Positions 10,701 through 21,842 of a stretch of DNA of 64,000 nt are shown in pieces. This DNA comes from Stylophora pistillata (taxonomy: Eukaryota). Numbering within the stretch: position 1 is the stretch's first letter; each line of letters opens with the position of its first letter. The stretch is from positions 539,512 through 603,511 of the forward strand of contig NW_019217813.1 of the NCBI RefSeq assembly GCF_002571385.2. The letters are read 5' to 3'. Under the pieces are notes generated by a model. That model searched no databases. It worked only from the letters and a program-made list of their open reading frames with translations, and was not told where the DNA came from. The position numbers and the translations under genes are program-made.

Positions 10701-13588
10701 CAATTTTCAATCTAGCTCATAACGTGCTTGCTTATTTAAGTGTTAATTTTGTTTTGAAATGTTATTTTGATTATCATTCTATCCCTTGCTTCTCTCGAAT
10801 CAGGAAACTGCTCATGGAGAGAATGCGTGGCCTGGGTATGAAGAGATTCCTCTAGTAGAAGCACTAAATGGAACAATCAAACCAGACAATATACCAGAAG
10901 GTATTGGTTTGATATTTGAAGGTTATTGTAAATAAAAAAAAAATTACAAGAGATGAAAAAGTATAATTGCATATGCTGTCATTGCACTCGAGGAAACCTG
11001 AGTGACCATGGGTTCAAGTTGTGAGTTTGTGAAGTCAATCTCAGCGCGTGCTACAAATAGAATCACATTATCTATTATTTTGTTTTATTACTGGAATTGG
11101 TTTAAAGAAAAAAAAAGTCATCCCACCTACTCATGGGCCATGGCCGCTTTTTTAAGAACGCCGCGCTGTGCCGCTTTCCTTGAATTCTCACTGGCTTGCT
11201 GATTTGTCTACGTCTCTTCTAACTGGACGTTAATGTTGCCTTTCTTGGGTTCAGAACAACTCACATTATAAGATATGGCTTGATTAAGTCATTCACTCTT
11301 CAATTTATGGTCGCGGGAAAATGAAAAAGGGAAGACATGAAACTCAAGCGAATCTGTTCAAGTAGCGGTTTTTCTTCCTCATACCTCACCTCTATTTATC
11401 TGTGTATTTCGTCATCACAGAAGCCGTTGCGCGCATGCGTCGAAGATCAGCGTCAAGTATTCGATCCTCGGGCAAAAGGAGAGTTGAGAGTGCTCGCGGT
11501 CAGCGTTATGTTGAGAGATCCCTTTCCGCGTGTTCAGGGATGTCGCGACCCAGCACAGCCCCTGTGAGTAGAGGCAGAATTGAACAAGTGGGGGAGCCTG
11601 CAAGTGTTGAGCGAATTCAACGGCAGGAGGCTACATTAGAGTCAAAAGACGTGGTCACGATGATTAATAGTGCAGAAATCGAAGAAGCAACGTCGGTGCA
11701 CGAAGAGGAACAAGGTAATTACAGTTTATTGATATTTTGATGTTTCGTGCAGATGTTGAACGTTTGTAACGATANNNNNNNNNNNNNNNNNNNNNNNNNN
11801 NNNNNNNNNNNNNNNNNNNNNNNNNNNNNNNNNNNNNNNNNNNNNNNNNNNNNNNNNNNNNNNNNNNNNNNNNNNNNNNNNNNNNNNNNNNNNNNNNNNN
11901 NNNNNNNNNNNNNNNNNNNNNNNNNNNNNNNNNNNNNNNNNNNNNNNNNNNNNNNNNNNNNNNNNNNNNNNNNNNNNNNNNNNNNNNNNNNNNNNNNNNN
12001 NNNNNNNNNNNNNNNNNNNNNNNNNNNNNNNNNNNNNNNNNNNNNNNNNNNNNNNNNNNNNNNNNNNNNNNNNNNNNNNNNNNNNNNNNNNNNNNNNNNN
12101 NNNNNNNNNNNNNNNNNNNNNNNNNNNNNNNNNNNNNNNNNNNNNNNNNNNNNNNNNNNNNNNNNNNNNNNNNNNNNNNNNNNNNNNNNNNNNNNNNNNN
12201 NNNNNNNNNNNNNNNNNNNNNNNNNNNNNNNNNNNNNNNNNNNNNNNNNNNNNNNNNNNNNNNNNNNNNNNNNNNNNNNNNNNNNNNNNNNNNNNNNNNN
12301 NNNNNNNNNNNNNNNNNNNNNNNNNNNNNNTGGAGAGCACTCAAGAAGCTAGAGTTGCCCTCGGCTATCGCCTCGGGCAACTCTTACGGGCTCTCCAAAC
12401 TTTCCGCGTGCTCCATAACTCGACAGTGCACGCTAAAGCATGAACCAATTGTTAATTATAGCAGAAAACGGGGATTGCAGGACTTGTTTCTCAAATTAAT
12501 TGTGTAATTTGGTAATATCAACTAATTTGAAATTGTAAATTGGCCACCGTACTGGAGTCAAAAAGCTGACGTTTCGAGCGTTAGCCCTTCGTCAGAGCGA
12601 ATATGGAAGAACTGTGGGTTGTGTGTGGGTTTATATGCAGAAAGTGGAGCTACGCTATTGGTGGGAACATGGCGACGAGAAAAACACGAATAAATTAGTA
12701 GAATAAAAAGCGTTCGTTTATACCTGTGGGATTAAGAGTGCCGATTAGAAAGATAAACTTTTGTTCAAAAGTTTTGCGGCTTTCCGAGCTACCTAAATGT
12801 AAGGAAAGACCGCAGATTGCCATATGTTGCTTAGAATGATTAGGTAGATTAAAGTGTTTAGCGACTGGTTTTGATGCGTCGTTGTCATTCCTTTCTACGT
12901 CACGAAGGTGTTATCGGAATCGGTCACCTAGTCGTCTTCCTGTTTCGCCGATTTTTATCTTTTTGCAATAGGTGCAAGTTAAGGAATAGATGATGTTAGC
13001 TGAGGTGCATGTGAAGTGATCAGTGATCTTAATTTTTACCTTTTAAAGCACACACAACCCACAATTCCTCTATTAATCTATTTGCTACGACGAAGGGCTA
13101 ACGCTCGAAACGTCAGCTTTTGTAATCGTTACGGTGGCCAATTTACCATTTCAACTTTGTTGATATATCCAAAGTAATTAAACTGATTGGTGCGATAAAT
13201 CAGTTTACACGAACCCGACTTAATGCATTTAGTTGAATCCTGGCCTTGTTTTTTTTTTTTTCGGTTTAGTAATGCAGTTGTTTTCTTCTTGGGTTTCCTA
13301 TGTCTCGATCTGCATATTACCTGGTATTTCAGATAGCATGTAACTGAACGAGCCTGTCTATTTTCCTTTCCAGTCGTAAACCCTGTACTAACAAAGGAGG
13401 CAGAGCAGTTCGAAGATGCACAGGACCTCCAAGTACACGTTGACGCATCCTTACCCGGCACACCACTGAGCAGTGATGTTAGTGGACGCAGCAGCCTCAG
13501 TGCCGGAAGCGCGTCAGCGACCACGCCGACTTACATCCGGTTAGAGGAAGGAACAGGGGAGGTTTCTGTTACCGTGCTACCTACATGA
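1799..13588 (+). CDS. MGRN1: E3 ubiquitin ligase MGRN1/RNF157 family (Mahogunin RING finger)
   Basis: Phase-consistent exons: 1799-1883, 1999-2120, 3709-3797, 3925-4035, 4496-4616, 6162-6228, 7099-7190, 7354-7425, 8744-8855, 9691-9738, 10049-10110, 10804-10900, 11421-11714, 13374-13588. Motifs: [121 protein letters not shown]. The gap 11775-12330 could hide an exon. Confidence 0.95.
3324..3479. mobile_element. MITE with CAGGGCTCAACACTAACT terminal inverted repeats (related copy 4964-5095)
   Basis: 18-bp TIRs with an imperfect 5-bp flanking duplication; inserted inside an older interspersed repeat. Confidence 0.7.
5176..5509 (-). mobile_element. tRNA-derived SINE (other copies 26548-26899 -, 62329-62585 +)
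   Basis: A/B-box tRNA-like head followed by a shared core (consensus ccggaccaacactcaaggtcttaaaataactgag...ctagtcttctcggataaggac) in three copies. Confidence 0.8.
8287..8590. mobile_element. hAT-like MITE with 5-bp TSD GATAA
   Basis: TIR CAGGGGCAGATCCAGG / CCTGGATCCGCCACTG; GATAA on both flanks. Confidence 0.8.
9380..9572 (+). repeat. Abundant ~200-bp interspersed repeat family (copies near 4850-5170, 15310-15690, 25570-25775, 31385-31560, 36435-36635, 46995-47460, 58345-58530)
   Basis: Shared consensus agtgactagcatctaatttctcc...aatcaaacattaaggtcacgagaataaaggaaatgatcaccaact...aaattctccttgtcag...ggagaatatgcatactgatgttagggtgtaaagggtt. Confidence 0.8.
12505..13180 (-). mobile_element. Penelope-like retroelement remnant: GIY-YIG endonuclease fragment flanked by inverted pseudo-LTRs
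   Basis: Minus strand ~13035-12705 reads DHFTCTSANIIYSLTCTYCKKIKIGETGRRLGDRFR*HLRDV..VAKHFNLPNHSKQHMAICGL..EQKFIFLIGTLNP. The two ends are inverted copies of each other. Confidence 0.85.
12565..12598 (-). ncRNA. Minimal type I hammerhead ribozyme motif (Penelope pLTR)
   Basis: GCU-CUGACGA-A-GGGC-UAAC-GCUC-GAAAC-GUC-AGC: intact CUGANGA/GAAA core, stem II, palindromic AC/GU stem III, GUC cleavage triplet, 3-bp stem I. Confidence 0.65.
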
Positions 13589-14316
13589 TTTGTTGTAGCA
13601 CATATCTGATTAGGTAGTTTACGCTTCAACTGAAATAATGGCAATTTCGGATTGCATCGAACTCACGCCGTTCTGCTCTTTTCAAAACTTAAAACTAATC
13701 GCTTACCCTGGTCAATCATTTGAATTTACTTCGAATCCTTACGGGCTTCGTTCGATGTCAGCTTATCCCCTTATGGGCTCTAGTGGCACTTGGTGGTGTT
13801 GCCCTCTTTTTACCTCCATTGAAAAGCGCTCTAAATAACAGATTCATCTGATCCTTTTCCTCGTGAACCCCTTATTATGATCAATAGTAAGGTTTGTTTT
13901 GCATTTTTACATGTTGCTAATGAAAGAATGGCTGAACTCACAAGTTAATGCCAAGTTAATTTACAGTGTGCGTTTACCCTACTACGACTGCCTAGTGGCG
14001 ATAATGCCGCAAAACAAGTCTGCCCTTTCTTCGGGATTGCCTAATATACTGGGTAAATAACCACTGCTCGTTGTAACCAAGAAGCAGCTATGTAATAATC
14101 AAAGAAAAAATTGTATTTACTATTATTGAATGTCATCACAGAAGTACATCATCATTTTCGCGTTTATCTTTTTAACGTCAATGGTTTGCGCAATTCTCTA
14201 TCATCTGTTAATTTTTTCATGTTTTAAGTAATGACTTTTGTCAAAGCTCCTCGAGCGTTTGCAAGGTGCAAGGAAATTTTGACCTCGAAATGAGGTCTGG
14301 AGGCGTGTAAGGCTTA

Positions 14317-15079
14317 GGCCTAGTTTCTACGTCGCGTTACAGTCGAATTTAATTCAAGGTCTCACAAGTAATTTAAATTCGACGATAGCGCGACGTCTAA
14401 AACAAATTAAATTCGTCCTTGACGTTTTATTCGTCTTGGTAAGACGGGTAAAATATCGATAACGCGTCTTCAGTTTTAACGTCGCACTAGCGTCGCGTTG
14501 AATGAAATGCATACATTTTCTTAATGTATTTCAATTTATTTTGGCGAGCCCGCGGCGACCCGTGGCGAGCTTTTCAAGTAATCCGCATGCGCAAAAGCTC
14601 GTCTTGGGCACTTCCCGCGCGAGTTTACGTTGTAGTTTACGGCTTTAGCGCTTTGGAGAAAAAGTTTGTCATCTTCTTGCAGTAATTGTGAGAAACAAAC
14701 GAAGTATTCTAGTATAACGTGTGGTAAAAGTGTTTGTGTTCGATAGGAATGTTCGATTCTTGAAATTAATGAAGAAGCTATCGGCTGGCAACCAAATAAA
14801 TGTGTTGGGTATTGTCTCAGATGTGCTCCTTGTATAGAAAAGCGTCAATGTGGATTTTTTCGAGCAAAATTGTTTTCAAAGCTTTAGCCCGCGCCATCTT
14901 TGTTTCAAAATGACACCTCTAACCAGAGGCACTGCTTTTGGGAAGAGAATTAAATCTTTGATCGTATTAATTTCGACGCATAAAACCACGCCACGATTTA
15001 CGTCGACGGAACGACGAATTTAATTCCATTAAATTCGTCTGAATTAAATTCGACTGTAGCGCGACGTATAAACTGGGCC
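14317..15079. mobile_element. PIF/Harbinger-type non-autonomous DNA transposon
   Basis: ~40-bp TIRs beginning GGCC (GGCCTAGTTTCTACGTCGCGTTACAGTCGAATTTAATTCA) with a 3-bp TTA TSD on both sides. Confidence 0.85.
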
Positions 15080-15434
15080 TTACACGTGAAGAAAAATTTG
15101 CATGGAGAGCACTGATTTAAAAAAATTCCTCGATGTTGAAATCCAACATGGTCTTAAAGAAACTAATAATGTGAAATTGCCCTTTTCGTTAGAAACGTTG
15201 TGTCCAATGACTTAGTAATTACCTTGGAGAACTAGTTGTAAACAAATTTCAGAATTTCTTCCCATTGCCCCGTAAGAAACTGGTCAGGGCTTGTTCGCAG
15301 CTTGTTTGACCCTTCGACTAGCACCTAATTTCTCCTTAGAATTTCACACATTGATCACCAGATCGCCCTCCTCGGCACTCAAGAAAATTTTAAAGAACTG
15401 TACTGAGAATATGCATACTGATGTCATGGTATGA

Positions 15435-15678
15435 TAGCCTGCAGAGCAGGCGTTCTAGTGGAGTTTGGGCGAAAGTTAGACCTCGCGAAAAATAGAGCGA
15501 GGCGAAATATTAGGAGGTAGGGGGAGAGGGAGAGGAGAGAAAGGAACTGCATGGTAGTAGGAAAGGTTCCTTTCTCTCCTCTCCCCCTCCCCCTGCCTCC
15601 TAATTTTTCGCCTCGCTCTATTTTTCGCGCGGTTTAGCTTTCGCCCAAACTCCACTAGAACGCCTGCTCTACAGGCTA
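15435..15678. mobile_element. Foldback MITE (near-perfect palindrome, ~113-bp arms), 8-bp TSD
   Basis: TAGCCTGCAGAGCAGGCG...CGCCTGCTCTACAGGCTA with an 18-nt loop; flanks tggtatga / tggtgtga. Confidence 0.85.
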
Positions 15679-16169
15679 TGGTGTGAAGGATTAGGAGACT
15701 CACGGAACCTTTCCTACTACCATGCAATTTAAAATTCTCCGAAAAATAATCAAGTTCCATTCATATTTATCGGAGGCATGCCCACTTTACATTATGACAT
15801 TTGTTTAGATTTACCACTATTTAAACGATTTTGTAATAGATAATTTTTGTACATTACTCTCGCTAGATATTTTAATCGATTCAGTGTTTAACATGTGGCA
15901 AAGAATTTTTCTTTTTAAGAATTGAGAATGCTTGCCACAGTCGTGGAGCGTGCTCTGAATAAAGACCTGACGTTTCCCTTAGGGCAGTTCACTACATTGT
16001 TAAAAAACGAACGACTGTCTACATTTATTAATCAAAGTATTAATAAAAGCAGCATGAGTTATAAATTATAAATCTCCAATCCATTATATTTCAGTGTCCT
16101 TGGAGCATGCTAAAATCAAATAAAATTGTACAGTTTTGAACTCAATTTGTTGTTTTATTTATATTAATA

Positions 16170-16695
16170 TCATAGGTGACAAATTACTCCTTAATTTTGG
16201 CGCGAAATTTCAGCGTTAATTTTTAATTTCACATGTGAAATTAAAAAAACTGCCATGGTAACATCTCTTGTATCTCGATCAGAGCCAAGATGGCGTCGAG
16301 ATTTAAGACGGTGACCCGTGAAGTTACGAAATTAAGAGAAGCGGCCGAAAATTTAAATACGCGAAAGAGCACAATTAACTGGGTGCGAGTTTTTGAGAAG
16401 TGGTGTGACGAAAATAACCTTGAGAAAAACCAGGAGATGATTCTTCCCGAGCAGTTAGATGAAGTACTCGAGCGATTTTACGCCTCCGTGTGTAAACAAG
16501 ACGTAATTTGTCACCCACGATATTAAAAGGTAATCAAATGGTTTTCTCGTGAAATTAGGAAATAATTTCACTTGTGTTTTGTCAAAATTCTGATAATTTC
16601 CCTCGCCTAAAGGCTCGGGAAGTTATCGGAATTTTGACAAAACGCGCGTGAAATTATTTCCTAATTTCATTCGTTGCCATTTGATTACACATACA
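16170..16695 (+). mobile_element. Crypton-like relic carrying the N-terminal fragment of a DUF3504/tyrosine-recombinase-type ORF (16290-16500)
   Basis: MASRFKTVTREVTKLREAAENLNTRKSTINWVRVFEKWC..PEQLDEVLERFYASVCKQD resembles Crypton/KCTD1/ZMYM DUF3504 N-termini. It is truncated and flanked by inverted gtgacaaattac/gtaatttgtcac. Confidence 0.6.
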
Positions 16696-17141
16696 TATAT
16701 ATGAGAGGGCAACCACGAAACAGGTCTGTAGGGATGAAATGTAGTTGATTTTTTTCTGCCTATCACAAAGGCCCATTTCCAACCGAGGTGCCTTGCGCGC
16801 CCGGATCATTTTTCATAGATGAAAAATACGCTGTTTTCCTCGTAGTTGCGGAATCGCTTTGATATCTTCTTCCGTCTTACTAATTAGGGCTTTCAAAGTT
16901 CCATCTTGAATCATGTGCGAACAACAAACTATCGTAGTATCCATATCAGTAAATAGTTTTTAATTCTTACATGTATGACGGTGAAAAACGCCATTTGAAA
17001 AGTTGATGCCGCGGAAGAAGCGGTCTAGAGGAAGGCCGAGTCTGCCCGGCTCGGCAAAGGTTACACACCTAAAGGGCCGACAAAATCCAAGAAAAGGGCC
17101 TTTGAACGATCGATTAGTAGCGCCTTGTATACGATGGAAAA

Positions 17142-17455
17142 TTAATTATAGCAAATTCTATTTTTCGAATGAAATTCCTTTCTTTTATTCAAACCGTGGG
17201 GTGCCAAAGAGAACACCTGAGCACTCCAATAAGCCTCATTTGCGATTAAAAGCCTATCGATCTCTACAGAGCCACTAGGGGCCTGTACATGATCAATGCA
17301 TTGGAACGAAAAATCATCCAGGGTGTGTGGGGTTTTGTTAAAGTGTATCGCTACTTCACAAGTTGTTTTGTTTGTGAGCATAGCAGATTTGTGATTTCGA
17401 AATCTCACTTTTAAGTCGGTAGTAGTAGATCCCACGTATTGCAGGCGACATTTAT
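17142..17455 (-). mobile_element. Second Penelope-like element fragment (C-terminal GIY-YIG endonuclease), 5'-truncated
   Basis: KCRLQYVGSTTTDLKVRFRNHKS..VAIHFN..FSFQCID..EAYWSAQVFSLAPHGLNKR; typical PLE GIY-YIG C-terminus. Confidence 0.85.
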
Positions 17456-18056
17456 ATCTTTATGTATATATAGAGGGTAGGTTCCTAAGGAGACCGGTGC
17501 TGCGTCGGTATTTACGTTTTATCGACCGAGTTGATTATGCAAATATTTGCCCCGAAAGAGAGATAGTTTTCATTTACATTTTCAAATAATTTTTCAAATT
17601 TTATAGTTGAATGATTGATTGGCTTGGCTCTCTCAAGAGGTTTGGTAGGAGTCGTAGTATTTTATTTTTCTTCTGAATTCGTCTGTCAGTGTGGGGGTGG
17701 TCGAAGAATATCAAGTGCGCGAGTTCGTGGGAACCCACTTTCTGCCCGCGATCTTTCACTCGCGAATCACGTGAGTCGCGAAATGCTTTCCTGGAGGTAA
17801 CTGAAAGAGTGTTTGTTTTTTTGAAGGAGTGGAGAGTTACGATTTCATTTTTCTCTTAGAGGGCAAACATTTCATGAAAAGCATTTTAAAAGCTGTGGAT
17901 ATATTGTGATTAACACCTTCAAATCAATACATGAGATTTTTTTACGCTTTGATTGTCACCATGGTAAATTATTCATAGAACGAGGGAGGAAAGAAAAGAT
18001 CACCGTCGCGGCCACCGAGCGACGAACATCTGTTAGCCTTACAGATAGATCCACAA

Positions 18057-18594
18057 ATGCCGGACAGCGAAATAACAAGAATTACAGGGACTACTGCGAA
18101 CGGATTCCTTTCCAAGAATCTCCAGCCAAAATATAAGTATATTGAAGACCCTGCCGATGTCGTATCACTAACTTACAAAAATCAGTACAGTCAGTTTAAC
18201 GTGAAATATCACGAGCTAAAGGTGGTCGCCTCCCCGATCTTCGGCCGTTTCAGCGGCGAACGAGTCGTTTTTGAATATGATTGGAACACAGTCAAGGTAT
18301 CGACCGAAAATAACTCGGCTTACGTCATGTTTTTGCGAGCAGGGACTTCCCCAGAAAGTGTTCAACGATTCTGTCTCAATTTTCTTTACTCGAGCGACGC
18401 CGATCGAATTTTGAGGTAAGGCGTTAATTTTTGTTTTTACTTTTATGCAAATCTTTCGATATTACATGCCATTTTTACGCCAAGTTTACAGCAGTACATT
18501 GTATTTCGGAGACGAAGTGAAGAAGATTTTATTCAGTACAAAGACTTCTTGCAATACTAGAGGCGGCCCAAGCGGCTATATTTTTATCCAGTAA
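18057..18594 (+). CDS. Uncharacterised protein, possible PH-like/EVH1-like fold (exons 18057-18415, 18492-18594; start uncertain)
   Basis: 120-codon ORF ending at a strong GAG|GTAAG donor. A short intron leads to a TTTACAG acceptor with phase-2 continuation STLYFGDEVKKILFSTK..IQ*. No family recognised. Confidence 0.45.
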
Positions 18595-19174
18595 CACAAC
18601 ACGCGGTAAAAAGAAAGTCGCCAAAATAGCATTAAACGACCCTAAGCAACAAGGCGGCTACGGATTAAAAGAAAGGAAAGTCAACAACTTATTTTCATCG
18701 CTTTTAATATCCTTTTTATTTTTCAATTTCTTTTTTATAATTTTTTTTCTTTTTTTACGGCACACGCTTACGCTAAATTCAATCTTCATTTGCTAGGTAT
18801 TCCCGATATACGCTCGGGCCGCCTGTAATAATGCTAGTCAATGACCCTAGACTATCGATGCATCACTGTTAACAAGAAACGTGATTAATTTCACTTTTTA
18901 TCGTCACAAGAATATATTTCGTTTCAAATCTGAAATACTCATGGCTTGAAAACTAGTTGCCTCTGATCATAAAATACACTTTCGCTACTTTATTTTTCTC
19001 ATGCCGTCATTATAAAAGCTCGAAACAGATAAATTAAACACGAGAGACTTTTCCAAACAACGTAATATGTTGTAATGGGTCTGTTTACGTAAGGAAATCA
19101 ACAGGTAATTCGTAAGCCTAGTAAATGTATAGCTTTTAGATAGTGATGCGTAAAGGTGGACAGTGCACCGTTTT

Positions 19175-21842
19175 ATGGCGACGCTTTCGGTGGGCTCCAA
19201 CGCGCGTGGGTATGTTATTTTTTTAGCTCCACAACTTACGTGAAAATACGCTTAGAGGGATATCTGACATTGCGTTTTTTTTTTCTAAGAAATTACAGAG
19301 GCGAAATTTACGCGGAAACAATCATCCTCAATGCAGTGGGATAGATAAAAAAAAAATCAAGAAAAAAGGAACCAGAAAAGTCCAGAACTTCAAAGTTTCC
19401 TGGGGAAGCCCAGACCTCTCTAAGAACGGAAGACTCTGCATGCCTTCAAAACTATTCTAAACCATCCACTCAAACCTCAAGCCAAATTTTATTGGGTCAC
19501 TATGACTTTTTGGTCCGACCCCAAGTGGACCAGTGGGCTGATGAAAACACAGCGGTCAAACGTTTAGTGAAGCTCCAAGCGAAATGGTGAATCACGACAA
19601 ACCGGTAAATGAAAAACCTTTGTTCACAAAAGTCTCGAGTTCTCCTTTTCCCTAATATTTTTTTCGCATATTCGCCGTTACAGCGGTTGTTTATTATGTA
19701 TTTAACTGACCTTTTACGCGGGAAATTGGCACGCAGACGATCAAAATTGATCCCTTTGCACATGCCCTACGTTTGACCGCTGTGACCCTTCATTTGCCGA
19801 TGAGTACTTAACCTTAGTGAACTAACCAGAAATCAACTCATGCATCTATTTCCTCAGAGAACATAGAATAAACGACGATGAGCTCAACATTAAATCAAAG
19901 ATGGAAAGTGTGCCCGCATCTCTGACGGTGCAGTGTCTTAGATCAGTTGTTATCAACATGGAACGCATGTCCAAGAAGGAACTTCTGTATCTACCCAGTC
20001 CTTATCGAGAGCTTTTCGTTCCAGACTCTTTCATTCCGGTCAAGTTTAACCTTTGGCCCCGACATGTACTTGAGAATGGAGAGAGTATAATTCTAATGCT
20101 GAAAAGAGAAATGATAATCAGCGAAATGCTACTGTTATTAAAGCATAAATTAGAGCTCAAAAGCGATGTAGAAATGAGCTTGTTCAGAGGGAGCCTTCCG
20201 GTAGAAGAAGATGATGTTATCATGGACGGAAATGTCGACTACGATTGCGTCGTTTCACCTTGTCGTGGCCCGACAGCCATTGCCAGTGAAGTACAGCTTG
20301 AAAAGCATCACGTGAACGTACGGAAAAGTCCCACTAAGGAGGTAAGTACCACCACATTGCGTTTGATAAAGGAGGAATAAATCATAGAACAATTCCTCAA
20401 CTGTGAGATTTTCCTCGGGGCGGTTTCAATACGCGAGAGCTACAGAAGACAAGGCGAAGAACAGAGGAAGGCTTAAAAGCAAATGGAATGATTGCGAACC
20501 GAGCCATTCACTTTTAAAGATTTGATCTGCAAGTCTCACATTCAGCCTGCTAACAAGCTTTCATTGTCAGCCTTGGAGGATAATAATAATCAACTTTATT
20601 TAATGAGGGTAAAACACATAACAGTATAAAACTGACAAACCAGTGGCCCTCTTAAAATATATTACAAACAATTATTGAAAAAGATTAAAAACTAATTAAT
20701 TATGGAAAAATTAAGGATGTAGATTTTTTCCACCTGCGGGAAGGTTTGAGTTGAGACAAGACGGCAAATTCAGGCCAGGGGTTGCGGAGAGGGAGGGGCT
20801 GGTAGGGCCGCGGCTCCACCACCTTTTTGCGCCCCCACCACTTTTTTGCGCTCCCACCCCCGCGAAAAATAATTACTATGAGTTTATTCCTTTTTTCGAT
20901 TTTCAATATAAAAACGTTATTTTCAATTGTCAGCCCTCCCACTTTACACCTTGCTCCGCGGTTACTGCAGGCTGGGTTTATTACGAATCAACTTAACGGC
21001 CTGCTCCCAGTTGGCTTGTTTGCTCAATTGGTAGAGCGCTACACTAGTATCGCAGAGGTCAGTGGTTCGAATCCCGTACAGGCCTGATGTTTTTCAGGTC
21101 TGATTTTCGCTATTGCATAAATAGCGCTCTCTGCTGCGAGGATCGTGCATCATACGTTGCATCATACGTTGCATTTTATTGAAACGTATTCAATAAGAAC
21201 GTTTCTTGTGATTTCTCTTAGGTTATTATTGCGTCGCTGGTTGGAAAAGAAATGAAAGAACTGCACGTAAACCTCTCCCTTCCCCTCAAATACCTAGACA
21301 TTCAATTGCGCCAGATTTTTCGACTCAAACCATGGAGTTTTTTGGTACTGTATCTTCCAAGCGAGGACCGCAACATATTTCACGCCGGAAAAATGATTTA
21401 CTCAAGTTACGAAGAGGAATTTGCCAAGTTTCTTGTTTCCAACGGGAGGAGAAATTTCCCAAGACCAGACCGAGGTATGGATACATTAGGAGTCAAAGAT
21501 ATGTACAAGGAATGCTCAGCTTTCAAGAAATCACTTCGTAACCATGGATTTCGCCCTGGAATGTTAGTAGAGGTTTTCGAGATCACTGGCCCGAGTGTCC
21601 CGGTCATGTACTCTGGTGCAGTCACCAAGGCCCAAGTCCTTGACGTGAATCCTGAGTGGTCGATTCAGACATTTAGGTATTACGTTGAAGTGAGCACTCC
21701 AGAAGCATCGAAGATTGAATCTATCGACTACGTGAGAGACTGCAAAAACGGCAAAGTGTCGGATATTTTAAACATGATGAAGAATCTGTGGAATCGGCCC
21801 GATCGAGGAGGTCGGCTTGAGTACGTCAAGCTACGCAGCTGA
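19175..21842 (+). CDS. Uncharacterised ~379-aa protein with BC-box/SOCS-box-like motif and ubiquitin-like segments
   Basis: Exons 19175-19209 (tentative, MATLSVGSNAR|GTATGT, phase 2), 19858-20341 (donor GAG|GTAAGT) and 21222-21842 (acceptor TTTCTCTTAG) join in frame without stops. Confidence 0.7.
20776..20967. mobile_element. hAT-like MITE with 5-bp TSD CAGGC
   Basis: Imperfect TIR CAGGGGTTGCGGAG / CTCCGCGGTTACTG; CAGGC on both flanks. Confidence 0.7.
20973..21165 (+). mobile_element. tRNA-derived repeat (same family as tandem copies at 60957-61423; degenerate relative near 6300-6470)
   Basis: tRNA-like cloverleaf GGCTTG..GCTCAATTGGTAGAGC..GGTTCGAATCCCGTACAGGCC embedded in shared flanks. 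Confidence 0.75.

Noticed and set aside
11664-12380. Long ORFs of 201-238 aa
   Set aside because: Artefacts of the N gap.
17030-17105. SECIS or ribozyme in hairpins 3' of the second Penelope fragment
   Set aside because: Short hairpins are present, but no AUGA/GA quartet or CUGANGA core was found.
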